This document shows positions 15,003-24,935 of a stretch of 26,493 bases of DNA, piece after piece. A program made the position numbers and the translations under genes. The stretch is from an uncultured virus (IMG/VR IMGVR_UViG_3300027708_000048). Taxonomy: Duplodnaviria > Heunggongvirae > Uroviricota > Caudoviricetes. The stretch is taken from IMG/VR virus record IMGVR_UViG_3300027708_000048; one strand, written 5' to 3'. The notes under the pieces were generated by a model, which searched no databases, was not told the DNA's origin, and saw only the letters and a list, made by a program, of their open reading frames with translations. Every line of letters starts with the position of its first letter. Position 1 is the first letter of the stretch.

Positions 15003-18000
15003 ATGGGCGTTATTGATGAAGCATTTGCAGAGAACATTTCTACAAACCGAAGTGTTGTTGATGATGCTTTTTCGGAGGACTTGTCTCCCAAAGGAAATGT
15101 TATTGATGAAGCATTTGCAGAAAATTTATCAGATACACTAAAAGGAGGTGAAACACAAAATGAAGAAGTCATCAATCAGCCACAAACCAACTTGGAAGGC
15201 AATGCACCACGAGAAGGCGACCAACAAGAGCAACCTTCCTCTGAAGCAGGGATACGCACCAAACAAGTGCGGTTGCCAGAGCTTAAAAGGCAAGAACAGC
15301 GTGTCGGGGACATCAACGCCAGTGGGCAAGTAAAAGGAGGTGAATTATCAAGTGAAGAAGACACCAAAACAGAAGGCAAACGAACCCAAGAAAGGAGCCA
15401 AGATGGGCAAGGGATACGAGGCCAAGTCCCTTCGGGGAACCAAGAGGAAGTAAGTGGTGATTCACAAGGGGCGAGCGTTCCATCCGTAGCCTCTAAAATC
15501 GTAGGAGCCGTCACAGCCCCTATGGGGTATTTGTCAGAAGGAACATTGGGTTCTATTGCTGGCATTCAAAGATCCCTCGGTATGGACAGCCGAGCAAATG
15601 AAACGGCACTCATGGCTTCTACTGCCGTTGAGGATTGGGCAAGAACCTTTGGAGATGAGCCTGTTGCAAAGGAAGGGGCTGGAGCAACTGCCGCAAAGAT
15701 TGGTGCTGGACTCCTTTCATTGCCAGCAATGGCACTAACTGGAGGTGCTGGGCTTGTTGGAATGATTGCATCTGGTTATGGAGGCATGAAAGAGGGCCTT
15801 TATGAAAAATACAAGCAAGAGGGCCTTGATGATCAAGAGGCAAACAGCAAAAGCACTACTCATGCGGCACTGACTACAGCCGCAACTATTCCTGCATATT
15901 TGATTGGAGGCAAGATTGCTGGAAAGGTTGCCGACACATTCATTGCAGAGTCTGCACCTAAAATACTAGAAGCGGCTGGAAGGCTTGGAATGAATGCCGT
16001 GGCAAATGCCGCCGCCAGTGCCACAGTTAGGGGTTTTGCCGCAGGGCTAGAGGGTGAAGATGTAATAAAAGCAGTTAAGGATGTGAGCCTTGAGGGTTCA
16101 ATCCAAGACATATTCTTTGCCGCTCACTCTACAGCTGGTCATTTTAAGGCAAAGGCAGAGGCTGGCAGGGCAAAGGAAGCCGCAACTGAAGTTAGCGACG
16201 AGATGCTTAAAGTTCTTTCCAAGAACCCAGAGTATGCGGATGCCGCAAATGAGGAGATTAACAGAAGGGAAAAGGTGAGGGTTGGACAAGAGACAGAAGA
16301 AGCTGGACTTCCAATCACTGCATCTGCCGTCAAGCAAGGGAATGTTCTTCCAGAACAAATGACGGAGATCCCAGTTGAGGATCACATCAAATCGGCTGTT
16401 GAGGCTGGGATGCCAGATGAGGCCGCTAGTTATTTTGTTAATAAGCAAAAGGAGTCTGGGCTTGCTGATTTTGAAATATCCGCAAGGATTGCGGAGTTTA
16501 AGGATCTTAATGACCGCATTGATGCGGCGAAAAAAGCAAAAGAGCCTGTAAGGGCTGAAGAACCAAAGCCAGAGGAGCCAGTGGCACCAGAAAAGCCAAC
16601 CGCTCCAACTGAACCAGCGATAGAAGCTCCAGAAGGGGCTAGAATCGCTTCTGCGGCATATATTGCACCAGATGGCACCACATACACTGGAAAGTCTCAT
16701 ATCAAGGCAATGGAGGCCGCTAGAGATGCCGGGGCAATCACACAGAAGGAAATTGATGCCAAAGAGGAGCCAGCCTCACGAAATACCGACGAATTTGGTT
16801 ACGAAATAACCCTTCCAGATGGAACACGCACAACTACTACCAGAGAAGGAGGTGCGGCTGTGGCTAGGGCTTCTGGGCAGGCTCAAGAAGAACCATTCAC
16901 TTTTGGCGAGAAGATGCACAGCAATGAGACGGCGAAGGACGATCATCCAGACCCAAGGGGTATTGCCGAATCCATCCATCATGGGGATGTGTTCCAATAT
17001 GGCAAGGATAAGGTTAAGCTTGTGGCCCTACAGGACGATGGGGTTGTTGCAAGGAAGCTTGGAACCAACGAGGAGCTTCTTTTGCCAAAGGGAACTGAAG
17101 GTGGGCATCCAAAAGGCATTGAAGGACTGGAACTTGTAAAGCTTGCACAGGAAAAGAAGGCACCGATGAGTCCAAAGACGATGGAGGCCCTTCGCCTGCA
17201 CCTCAATGATAGGCTTAACCCAGAGACAAACTCCATCCTGCGTAGAAGGAAGTCAGAAGGTGGGTTTATTGACCTAACTGCACTCAAGCCATACTTGGAG
17301 AACATCCATGACTACGGAAGGGCTGTTTACAAGAAAGGAATGGACTTTGCCACTTGGTCTGCACGAATGATCAAAGATCTTGGACAGGGAGTGGTTAGTG
17401 CCCTAAAGAAAGTTTATGACACAATCAGCCAAGGGCCATACCTAAAAGGAAAGAGCTTTGCTGGATCAATTGGCAGTGCTGGAGATGATTTTGCAAAGAG
17501 GGTGGAGGGCAAAATGAAAGCGAAGCCAGAAGCCAAGGCACCAGAAAGAGAAATGCCTCCAGAGTCTTATCCAACAGAGCCGACATGGATGCAATACGAG
17601 AAGCTACCAGAAACGGCAAAAAAGACCGCTGAAGTTATAAAGACTGATGTTTCCACAAAGGCCAAAGAAACAATCAAAGATCCAGCCGCTAAAACCGCAG
17701 TGGAATCAGCCTTCACTGAAGGAGTTAGGTTAAGTGAGCAAAAGCAGGAAAGTGCGTTTAGGAAAGGATTGCGTAAACTTGATATGTTTACCAATGACAT
17801 GAGGATCTTGGGTGCAAAGATACCAAAGCTAGAAGACATTTATTCTGGATTTGAGGATGTAACTCAAACAGTTGCAGATAGCTGGGAAGGAAAAACAATT
17901 CCAAATCTTTCTAGGGCTGGAGTTAAGGTTCAAGCTAACGCATTGGCAAATGCAACTAAATGGGTTGATCCTCATATTGAAAACATTCTTGCAAAAGTTT

Positions 18001-20582
18001 TCCCAGATTCATATCAGAATGAAGAAGCAATGTCTAAAACAATGGAGATCCTTGCAAAAGATGACATTCTAGGCGGATATAATGCAACAAAAGAAGAGCT
18101 TAATAAAGTAAATGAAGAGCTTTTAAACCTAATGGACGAGTATGATGCTGGAACTGCACCAAGGGGTGCGGCTGGAAGAATTAAGGAACTCCAAGAAAAA
18201 GCAGATGACTTGCGTGATAGTAGAGATGCACTTTGGAATACCCACGATATTGCAAAATTTAAAGAAGATGTTGAGTCGGCAAAGGGAACAGTTATTGAAG
18301 AAAACATTAAACGATGGAAAGAAATAGTCCATCCAGCACAAGACGAGCTTCATTCAAAATGGGGGGATGAAAATGTTATACCTCTGGAAAATGCTGGTTC
18401 AGTATTTGGTGCCAGAATTAATTTATTGTCTAAAGATCAAGAATTAAGGATTAAAGACTTTAATGAAGACACCGAGAAAGACGGCAAGCTCCCATCAATG
18501 CAAGTTGTTAACTATCGCAATCCAGATGTTAAGCGTCTAAAGCTTGATAAATCCCAGCAATATAATTCAGAGTTTTCAACTGATGCCTTTAATATATTAA
18601 AGAACACATTTGCACCAAGGATTAATGATGCGGCAAAAATTGATTTGTATAATTCTTTAATTAAAAATGGTGCGGCTGTTATTAAGTCACCCGGAGGAAA
18701 CGCACCAATGTTTAATGGAGAAGAAGGCAGAAGGTTCCCAGCAAAGATGCCAGTAAAAGATCCAACAACTGGAAAAACATCAATTATTGAAAGGGATATG
18801 TGGGTTGACCCAAAAATCCATGATGAATTAATGCAGTTGCTTGATGTAAACGGAAGGGTTAAGGCACTTAAAATGTTTTCTTGGGTAACTCAACTTCAAG
18901 TTCTTGGAATTGCAGATGCAGTTGCCCACCTTAAAAACTTACATGGTGCAGTTAACAATGCTCTTTCTGGAGATCCTGCATTAAAGCAGATTGCTAAAAA
19001 AATCCCATTTATTAGCTCTGCAAATACAATAAAAAAGATTTATAATGTGTATAAAGAAATTGAATTAGATACACCAGAAATTAGGCAGGAAATTGCCGAT
19101 CTAGCAATGACTGCTGGGCTTCGCTCTAAATATGAGCAAAAGGGGATTGTAAGATATGTAAGTGCCCATAATTTATTGCACAATGTTGATACAGCCGCTC
19201 GTGTAATAATGAGCAGGAACTATGATGCTCTTGTAAAAAAGGGTCTTGCAGTTGACACGCCAGAGGGGAAAATTGATTTTGTATCCCAGATTGGCGAATA
19301 CAATAGAAAGTTAATGTCAAGATGGCAATCAACACTTCGTGATGCTGGGTTCTCTCCATTTATTGTTGCTGGTAGGTCAATGAACCGAATTGCAAGAAGG
19401 CTTGTAATGGCAGACCCCGGATTTAAATCACCTTCAGATAAAGCCGCATTTGAAGCAAGGGTGATGCAAGCATCTGGACTTGTTTTAGCGGCAACCATTC
19501 CTGCGTTAATAAACATGGTAACAACTGGCAATATGGGTGGCAGATATGGAACTCCAGTTGGTGCAATTGATTTTGGCCCTAATGCAGATACAAAGGAAGG
19601 AAAGCGTAGGATTTTGGATCTATTTGCACTTACTGGAATACGAAGGGGCATGAGGCTACTTGGTCTTAATGCCGCATTTGAAGGAGTGAAGAATGGTGCA
19701 TCTATTGAAGAGATTCAAAACAACATGAAGAATGACTTCACCACCACATCTCTTCATCCATTTATTGGGCCGGGAGTGAGTCTTGCTTGGCAAACATTAA
19801 AGGGAGAAAGGTTTGATTTAAGAACTGGATTCCAAGGAGTTTATTCTGCGAGGCAGATTGGAGGATACGAGCAATATCTTGAAAACTTGAGGGTTGGACT
19901 CAAACAACAACAGCCATTATTGTATTCAATGGGTGGAGGTGCATTGATTGAAAAGGCAGAATCAATGATTAAAACAAAGGATATGCCAGAGGGTATTCCA
20001 GCACCATCAGAAGAAACAAAATCAGATATTGAATATCCAAAGTGGTTAAAGCCGTTTGCAAAACCAGTTGAAACAGCCGCAGAGGTTGTTGCAAGCTCGG
20101 TTGGATACAAGGCTACTGTTTCTCCTGCGTTAAAGCTATCTGCCCAGCTTGGGATTAAACTCCCATACACGCCTCAACAGGATCTTCGATACGCCGTAAG
20201 AAAAGAAATATTGAAAGCCGTTAAAGAAGGAGATAAGCAAAAGGCCATACAAATCTTCAATAAAGGCATTCAAGATCAAATTCTTGTGCCAGCAGATCAA
20301 ACAACGCTTTCTGGAAAAATTAAAGAGCCAGACCTTCTTGTTCAGCGTGTTAAAAAGCTTAAAACACCGCAAGATGCACTTGAAGTGTATAGGGTTGCAT
20401 CTCCAGAGGAGCAAGACTCAATTGTTGAAGAGGTTGCTGGAAAAATCCAAAGATCAAAATCTGTTTTTAACAAAAGGAAGCTGTCATTAAGAGATGAAAT
20501 GCTTTCTGTTACAAAAAAAGGATCTAAAGCATACGAAATCCTCTCTCAAAGGGGCCTTATCCCTGTTGCAAAAGGCAAATAA
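15003..20582 (+). CDS. Very large internal virion / DNA-ejection (polyvalent-type) protein, 1859 aa
   Basis: Cys-free, Ala/Gly-rich hydrophobic helices in the N-terminal third, PEEP linker, long helical C-terminal half; third of three size-ascending genes as in podoviral ejectosome operons. Confidence 0.7.
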   Translation: MGVIDEAFAENISTNRSVVDDAFSEDLSPKGNVIDEAFAENLSDTLKGGETQNEEVINQPQTNLEGNAPREGDQQEQPSSEAGIRTKQVRLPELKRQEQRVGDINASGQVKGGELSSEEDTKTEGKRTQERSQDGQGIRGQVPSGNQEEVSGDSQGASVPSVASKIVGAVTAPMGYLSEGTLGSIAGIQRSLGMDSRANETALMASTAVEDWARTFGDEPVAKEGAGATAAKIGAGLLSLPAMALTGGAGLVGMIASGYGGMKEGLYEKYKQEGLDDQEANSKSTTHAALTTAATIPAYLIGGKIAGKVADTFIAESAPKILEAAGRLGMNAVANAAASATVRGFAAGLEGEDVIKAVKDVSLEGSIQDIFFAAHSTAGHFKAKAEAGRAKEAATEVSDEMLKVLSKNPEYADAANEEINRREKVRVGQETEEAGLPITASAVKQGNVLPEQMTEIPVEDHIKSAVEAGMPDEAASYFVNKQKESGLADFEISARIAEFKDLNDRIDAAKKAKEPVRAEEPKPEEPVAPEKPTAPTEPAIEAPEGARIASAAYIAPDGTTYTGKSHIKAMEAARDAGAITQKEIDAKEEPASRNTDEFGYEITLPDGTRTTTTREGGAAVARASGQAQEEPFTFGEKMHSNETAKDDHPDPRGIAESIHHGDVFQYGKDKVKLVALQDDGVVARKLGTNEELLLPKGTEGGHPKGIEGLELVKLAQEKKAPMSPKTMEALRLHLNDRLNPETNSILRRRKSEGGFIDLTALKPYLENIHDYGRAVYKKGMDFATWSARMIKDLGQGVVSALKKVYDTISQGPYLKGKSFAGSIGSAGDDFAKRVEGKMKAKPEAKAPEREMPPESYPTEPTWMQYEKLPETAKKTAEVIKTDVSTKAKETIKDPAAKTAVESAFTEGVRLSEQKQESAFRKGLRKLDMFTNDMRILGAKIPKLEDIYSGFEDVTQTVADSWEGKTIPNLSRAGVKVQANALANATKWVDPHIENILAKVFPDSYQNEEAMSKTMEILAKDDILGGYNATKEELNKVNEELLNLMDEYDAGTAPRGAAGRIKELQEKADDLRDSRDALWNTHDIAKFKEDVESAKGTVIEENIKRWKEIVHPAQDELHSKWGDENVIPLENAGSVFGARINLLSKDQELRIKDFNEDTEKDGKLPSMQVVNYRNPDVKRLKLDKSQQYNSEFSTDAFNILKNTFAPRINDAAKIDLYNSLIKNGAAVIKSPGGNAPMFNGEEGRRFPAKMPVKDPTTGKTSIIERDMWVDPKIHDELMQLLDVNGRVKALKMFSWVTQLQVLGIADAVAHLKNLHGAVNNALSGDPALKQIAKKIPFISSANTIKKIYNVYKEIELDTPEIRQEIADLAMTAGLRSKYEQKGIVRYVSAHNLLHNVDTAARVIMSRNYDALVKKGLAVDTPEGKIDFVSQIGEYNRKLMSRWQSTLRDAGFSPFIVAGRSMNRIARRLVMADPGFKSPSDKAAFEARVMQASGLVLAATIPALINMVTTGNMGGRYGTPVGAIDFGPNADTKEGKRRILDLFALTGIRRGMRLLGLNAAFEGVKNGASIEEIQNNMKNDFTTTSLHPFIGPGVSLAWQTLKGERFDLRTGFQGVYSARQIGGYEQYLENLRVGLKQQQPLLYSMGGGALIEKAESMIKTKDMPEGIPAPSEETKSDIEYPKWLKPFAKPVETAAEVVASSVGYKATVSPALKLSAQLGIKLPYTPQQDLRYAVRKEILKAVKEGDKQKAIQIFNKGIQDQILVPADQTTLSGKIKEPDLLVQRVKKLKTPQDALEVYRVASPEEQDSIVEEVAGKIQRSKSVFNKRKLSLRDEMLSVTKKGSKAYEILSQRGLIPVAKGK

Positions 20583-20605
20583 ACGCCATATAAGTCCTAA
20601 CTGAT

Positions 20606-23212
20606 ATGGCAACAGCAAAAAATCCAGCGTTTCCACACCCCGCTTTAGAGATTGGGGTGCCTCAATACCCAACGCCAATCATCCCATCGTTTGCCGACAG
20701 GAATGGGCATATCGTATTAGTGGAGAGGGTTAGCTCCGAAAAAGGAAGCTATACGCCACAGAAGCCAGCCATTACTGACATTGATCCTGTTATCTACAAA
20801 GGAAGGGATGCCAAGAAATGGCCCGAAACCTTGTATCTTGTCCATGAGCGTCCTACGGCTGATGGCGAGTTTGTCTATCGCTATTGGGCAAATGATCGCT
20901 CTTTAGCGTCTCAAGATCCTTGGAACTATGGGGTGAGCTATAGCTCTGAAAACCCTGCGTTCCCAATCTATACACGCCAATACATTGTTCCTCGCTCGCA
21001 ATATGCAACAATTGAGCTTGGAAACATTGACCCTGTATTTGGTGGCAATGCGGTTATTGCAAGCCAGCAAATGGCAGAGCTTGGAGAGGATAACCCATTA
21101 CGCTCACGATATGTGGTTGTTCAGAGGGTGTATGAGACTATACCCGGCCCAGTGCTTACTGGCACAAGCCTTACTGCAAGGGGAGATTTACAGACTACGA
21201 CAACGCAAGTTGTTGAGTCTGGAACTCCATCCAATGCAGATGGGCTTTATGTAACCCAAACAAGCGTTGACCCTGTTGATTCAGTTAAAAGTAGTTTAAA
21301 ATTTGGCACTGTTTCAAACTACGCAACACTTACATCAAAAGAAGAAAAGTCTGGATTGCTTGGTTCAACATATGCAACTGATGTTATTGTTGGCCCATCA
21401 ACAAACCCAGATCAATTAAGTAAAACAATTCTTTCGTCTTCAGTTGAAGCAATTTCAGCTACAAAGAGCAAGAAAGTTACAATCAGATCAACTGGCCCAA
21501 CTCTTCTTGGTGGGAGCGAAGTATCATCTGGGTTGCAAGGAATAAAATTTTCATCTGAATCAATTGTTGATTACGGAGCTTCGCCAGATCCTCTTTCACA
21601 AACAGTTCTTTCATCGCAAGTAACTCCTATTGATTCTTATAAATCAAAAAAAACAACCATTTCATCTTCTGGGCCAAATTCACTTTCTGGAGGCTCAAAG
21701 AAAAGCGGATTGCTTGGAGAAGTGTCAACAATAGAAAGAATAGTTGATTATGGTGACGATCCAGATGATTTGTCTCAAACTGTTTTAGAGTCATCTGTTG
21801 TTCCAATTGATTTAACAAAATCAAAAAAAACAACTATTGTTTCTTCTGGGCCAGTATTGTTGTCTAATCCATCAAAGAAGAGTGGATTGCTTGGCGAGGT
21901 AAATGTTGTTGAGCAAATTGTAGCCGCAGGAACAAATCCAGACCCGCTGGATATTTCTGTTGTTTATTCTGAAATAACTGCAATTGATTCAGCCAAGAGT
22001 AAGAAAACTACCGCAACAAGCACTGGCCCAACATTGCTTGGTGGTGCTTCTAAAAAATCTGGGTTGCTTGGAAATACTACAATTCAAGAATCAATAGTAG
22101 CATACGGAACATCTCCAGATGAAATTTCCTCTACTATCCTTTCATCAGAAGTAACTGCAATTGATTCTTCAAAGAGCAAGAAAACAACTATATCAACAAA
22201 TGGGCCAACGCTTCTTGGTGGTGCATCAACAAAATCTGGATTACTTGGAAATACCACAATTGAAGAGTCAATAGTCGCATACGGAACATCCCCAGATGCA
22301 GTTTCTTCTTCTGTTATTTTTTCTGAAGTAAGTCCAATTGATTCATCAAAAAGTAAGAAAACTACTACTTCCTCTAATGGCCCAACATCACTTGGAGGGA
22401 AATCAGTCAATAAATACGGCACAACAGAAACAATAACAAAAAGCATTGTTTCCCCAAGTCAAGCAGTTGACCTTACTGGTCTTCTTGTATCTGATGAAAT
22501 AGATCCTATTGATTCTGCAAAATCACAAAGGCAGAGGGTGGTAATGGACTCAACCCCGCCAGATGTTATTACTTACGAGATAAGCCATGATACGGCTGTA
22601 ATAAAAAATACCACCTCCATGATACTGCGGTCTGATCTTACTGCTCCATCCATTACTGGTGCAATTTTAGATGTGGCTGATGTGGATGTTGGGTTCCCTT
22701 GGATTAAAAGAACGATCAAGAGCTTGCCATTAGATGGCTATGGAAACCCAGTCCTTCCTCCAAGCAGGGTGGAATACAGGAGTATACAGCACACATTCCC
22801 CGGCATCATCTATACTTGGAAAGCAAAACACACTGACGATGGCATTACTGCCAGCTTGTCATTCTTTGACAACCGCTATCCAGTAAGTATGACAGTAGCC
22901 GCAAGAAGCGTGATTACTTACCATGTTGGAGAGCAGGATTTGTCAAACGAGCAGTTTTTCAGCGTTACAACTCGCCCTTGGGCAATTCAATTCTTCAATA
23001 TCCCAGACGGAACTATTCACCCACCAGCCCCTGTTAATTTGTCCACTGCTTCTATCAGCACTAATGGAATTGCACTTCAGATTGCAGGAGGACAGGCAAG
23101 CAACCCAACAACTTATAATGTAGGTGATGAAATTCTTATTGGTGGAGACTGCGAAAGATGGCAGGGTAATATCTTTATCAAAAGACTTGAATATGTAAAA
23201 GAACCAGTATAA
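20606..23212 (+). CDS. Ser/Thr-rich tail/structural protein with tandem 59-aa repeats
   Basis: 868 aa, beta-rich, repeats GPxLLGG.SKKSGLLG...IV..G..PD.....SS.V..IDS.KSKKTT. Confidence 0.7.
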   Translation: MATAKNPAFPHPALEIGVPQYPTPIIPSFADRNGHIVLVERVSSEKGSYTPQKPAITDIDPVIYKGRDAKKWPETLYLVHERPTADGEFVYRYWANDRSLASQDPWNYGVSYSSENPAFPIYTRQYIVPRSQYATIELGNIDPVFGGNAVIASQQMAELGEDNPLRSRYVVVQRVYETIPGPVLTGTSLTARGDLQTTTTQVVESGTPSNADGLYVTQTSVDPVDSVKSSLKFGTVSNYATLTSKEEKSGLLGSTYATDVIVGPSTNPDQLSKTILSSSVEAISATKSKKVTIRSTGPTLLGGSEVSSGLQGIKFSSESIVDYGASPDPLSQTVLSSQVTPIDSYKSKKTTISSSGPNSLSGGSKKSGLLGEVSTIERIVDYGDDPDDLSQTVLESSVVPIDLTKSKKTTIVSSGPVLLSNPSKKSGLLGEVNVVEQIVAAGTNPDPLDISVVYSEITAIDSAKSKKTTATSTGPTLLGGASKKSGLLGNTTIQESIVAYGTSPDEISSTILSSEVTAIDSSKSKKTTISTNGPTLLGGASTKSGLLGNTTIEESIVAYGTSPDAVSSSVIFSEVSPIDSSKSKKTTTSSNGPTSLGGKSVNKYGTTETITKSIVSPSQAVDLTGLLVSDEIDPIDSAKSQRQRVVMDSTPPDVITYEISHDTAVIKNTTSMILRSDLTAPSITGAILDVADVDVGFPWIKRTIKSLPLDGYGNPVLPPSRVEYRSIQHTFPGIIYTWKAKHTDDGITASLSFFDNRYPVSMTVAARSVITYHVGEQDLSNEQFFSVTTRPWAIQFFNIPDGTIHPPAPVNLSTASISTNGIALQIAGGQASNPTTYNVGDEILIGGDCERWQGNIFIKRLEYVKEPV
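21146..22540 (+). repeat. About 8 in-frame tandem repeats with a 177-bp (59-aa) period
   Basis: GP codons at 21494, 21671, 21848, 22025, 22202 and 22379 are exactly 177 nt apart; two degenerate units (348 nt in total) start at 21146. Confidence 0.9.
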
Positions 23213-23224
23213 ACCTATAAATAT

Positions 23225-23563
23225 ATGCCCTACGACTTCACAACTGGAAACAACCTTGTATATGTTTACGAGGAAGACACAAACACAGGAGCAACATTTA
23301 AGCCATCTTCCTTTGTTTCTGCTTCAATTATTTGGAAGGCACTTGTTTCACCAACAACATATACAGACGCACACTATCCGTATGTTGCTATTGGTTGCAT
23401 TAATGAGGTTAACCCAACGGCATTGATTGAATATAACCTTGGGGAGCCAAGGCGTAATACCGCAGGAGACGCAGATTTGACACTAACATATGCACAGGCA
23501 CAGGCCGCTCTATCAGATGTTTATTCAGCAATTGATGCTTACTACACATCCATACTGGCGTAG
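23225..23563 (+). CDS. Hypothetical tail-region protein (112 aa)
   Basis: Co-oriented, tightly packed, Tyr/Thr/Ala-rich. Confidence 0.75.
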   Translation: MPYDFTTGNNLVYVYEEDTNTGATFKPSSFVSASIIWKALVSPTTYTDAHYPYVAIGCINEVNPTALIEYNLGEPRRNTAGDADLTLTYAQAQAALSDVYSAIDAYYTSILA

Positions 23564-23565
23564 CA

Positions 23566-23892
23566 ATGATAACAATAAAGGCTCCCTATAAAGCCAGTAA
23601 GTATCAAGTTATTGACTTTGGCGACATAACATTTGAGTACCCAACAAAGGCTGGAGGACAGCCATCCACTGCAACTGGTGCAGTGATTGATGAGGTTATT
23701 CTTTCAAACAATTTGGACAGAGATCCAAATAGCATTGATTTTATCAAAAGATACAATACTTGGCTTTGCTTTACTGACATCAACGCATACGCAGTTAAGC
23801 CATATTCCATCATTTTTATTTACTATGATCGTGCCAATAAGGTAGCCTACACTCATACTGAACAGGCACTTATTACGCCATACGATCCGTGA
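23566..23892 (+). CDS. Hypothetical tail-region protein (108 aa)
   Basis: 2-nt gap after the upstream stop; stop overlaps the next GTG. Confidence 0.75.
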   Translation: MITIKAPYKASKYQVIDFGDITFEYPTKAGGQPSTATGAVIDEVILSNNLDRDPNSIDFIKRYNTWLCFTDINAYAVKPYSIIFIYYDRANKVAYTHTEQALITPYDP

Positions 23893-24107
23893 AAAAGAAC
23901 GAACCAAAGACATCGTTTGATAAAGCAATGTTCTCGACTATTGGGAATGTTGGAATTGCTGGCAATAGGCTGGTTAATAAACAATCCAATAATCCGTTTG
24001 CCAAAGATGGGTTGCCTGTTGGATATGGGCCACAAAGACTTGATGTTTGCGTAAATGGTGCGGCTGGTCACATGATGGTGATTGGAACCACTCCAGTCGC
24101 TGAATAG
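23889..24107 (+). CDS. Hypothetical tail-region protein (72 aa)
   Basis: GTGA coupling; C-terminal beta motif RLDVCVNG. Confidence 0.65.
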   Translation: MKKNEPKTSFDKAMFSTIGNVGIAGNRLVNKQSNNPFAKDGLPVGYGPQRLDVCVNGAAGHMMVIGTTPVAE

Positions 24108-24109
24108 TT

Positions 24110-24898
24110 ATGGGCAATAGAGTTGTCTCGGCAAGGAGACTTCCTGTATGTGAAGTTACTTCAAATGCAGTAGGTGTTGCCACTAATTTCCCAATAGGGC
24201 TTAATTACGAAGAGCTTCTTTATTGGTATTGGGTTCCAAACTGGAATCATGCAACTATATACTCAATTTCGTCAGCGTCATCTTCAGTTACTGATGACAA
24301 TTTAAATACAACAAGTGCATCAACAAGTTTTGTTCCTTCAGTTGTTGGTGGATATTATAAATATGAAAACCCCATAACAATAACAAATGAAAATAAACTT
24401 GTTTGTTCTGGTATATACGGATTGCTTCAAAGACAATTTGACAATGGCTCATGCACAAAACAAATGGATGGAAAATATGCTTGTGTTACAGTTACGATAA
24501 AATCATCTATTGTTGTTGATTTTAATCAAATAAATTTACATAACAATCTTTATTATCCATATGTTTATGCGGAAATACTTGGTTTTGATTTTTTGCAGAT
24601 TTATCATCCAGAATTAGAAGCGGGAAGTAATTTTGGATTTGGGTGGGCAACATACAGCCCTGTGGAAAATCCAACGCCAACCACCACAGATTGGTCTTCA
24701 ATACCATTAAATGTGTTTAACAAAACTGCATATATTTATGGTGGAATTTCAGATTATGGACTACATACTGGCTATTCATATTCCCTTCCATCATCTTTAT
24801 CTTTATTTCCAACAAGTTACTGGCCCTATGCTTCAAGGGCAGGGACGGCTATTTATGATACTCTTACAGGGGCACAATTGCAGAGTCCTTTTGCTTGA
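24110..24898 (+). CDS. AT-rich beta-type tail-region protein, candidate receptor-binding/tail-tip protein
   Basis: 262 aa Tyr/Ser/Thr/Asn-rich; last gene of the structural run. Confidence 0.55.
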   Translation: MGNRVVSARRLPVCEVTSNAVGVATNFPIGLNYEELLYWYWVPNWNHATIYSISSASSSVTDDNLNTTSASTSFVPSVVGGYYKYENPITITNENKLVCSGIYGLLQRQFDNGSCTKQMDGKYACVTVTIKSSIVVDFNQINLHNNLYYPYVYAEILGFDFLQIYHPELEAGSNFGFGWATYSPVENPTPTTTDWSSIPLNVFNKTAYIYGGISDYGLHTGYSYSLPSSLSLFPTSYWPYASRAGTAIYDTLTGAQLQSPFA

Positions 24899-24923
24899 CA
24901 CGCTTTAAGCATGGATGTAAAAG
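24895..24923 (+). promoter_or_regulatory. Putative sigma70-like promoter
   Basis: Perfect TTGACA-17 nt-TAAAAG just upstream of ATG 24936; the -10 box is imperfect. Confidence 0.45.
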
Positions 24924-24935
24924 CGTCCTACTGAA

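Noticed and set aside
23225..24898. Diversity-generating retroelement targeting tail genes
   Set aside because: No reverse transcriptase and no TR/VR pair with adenine-specific mismatches seen in the window
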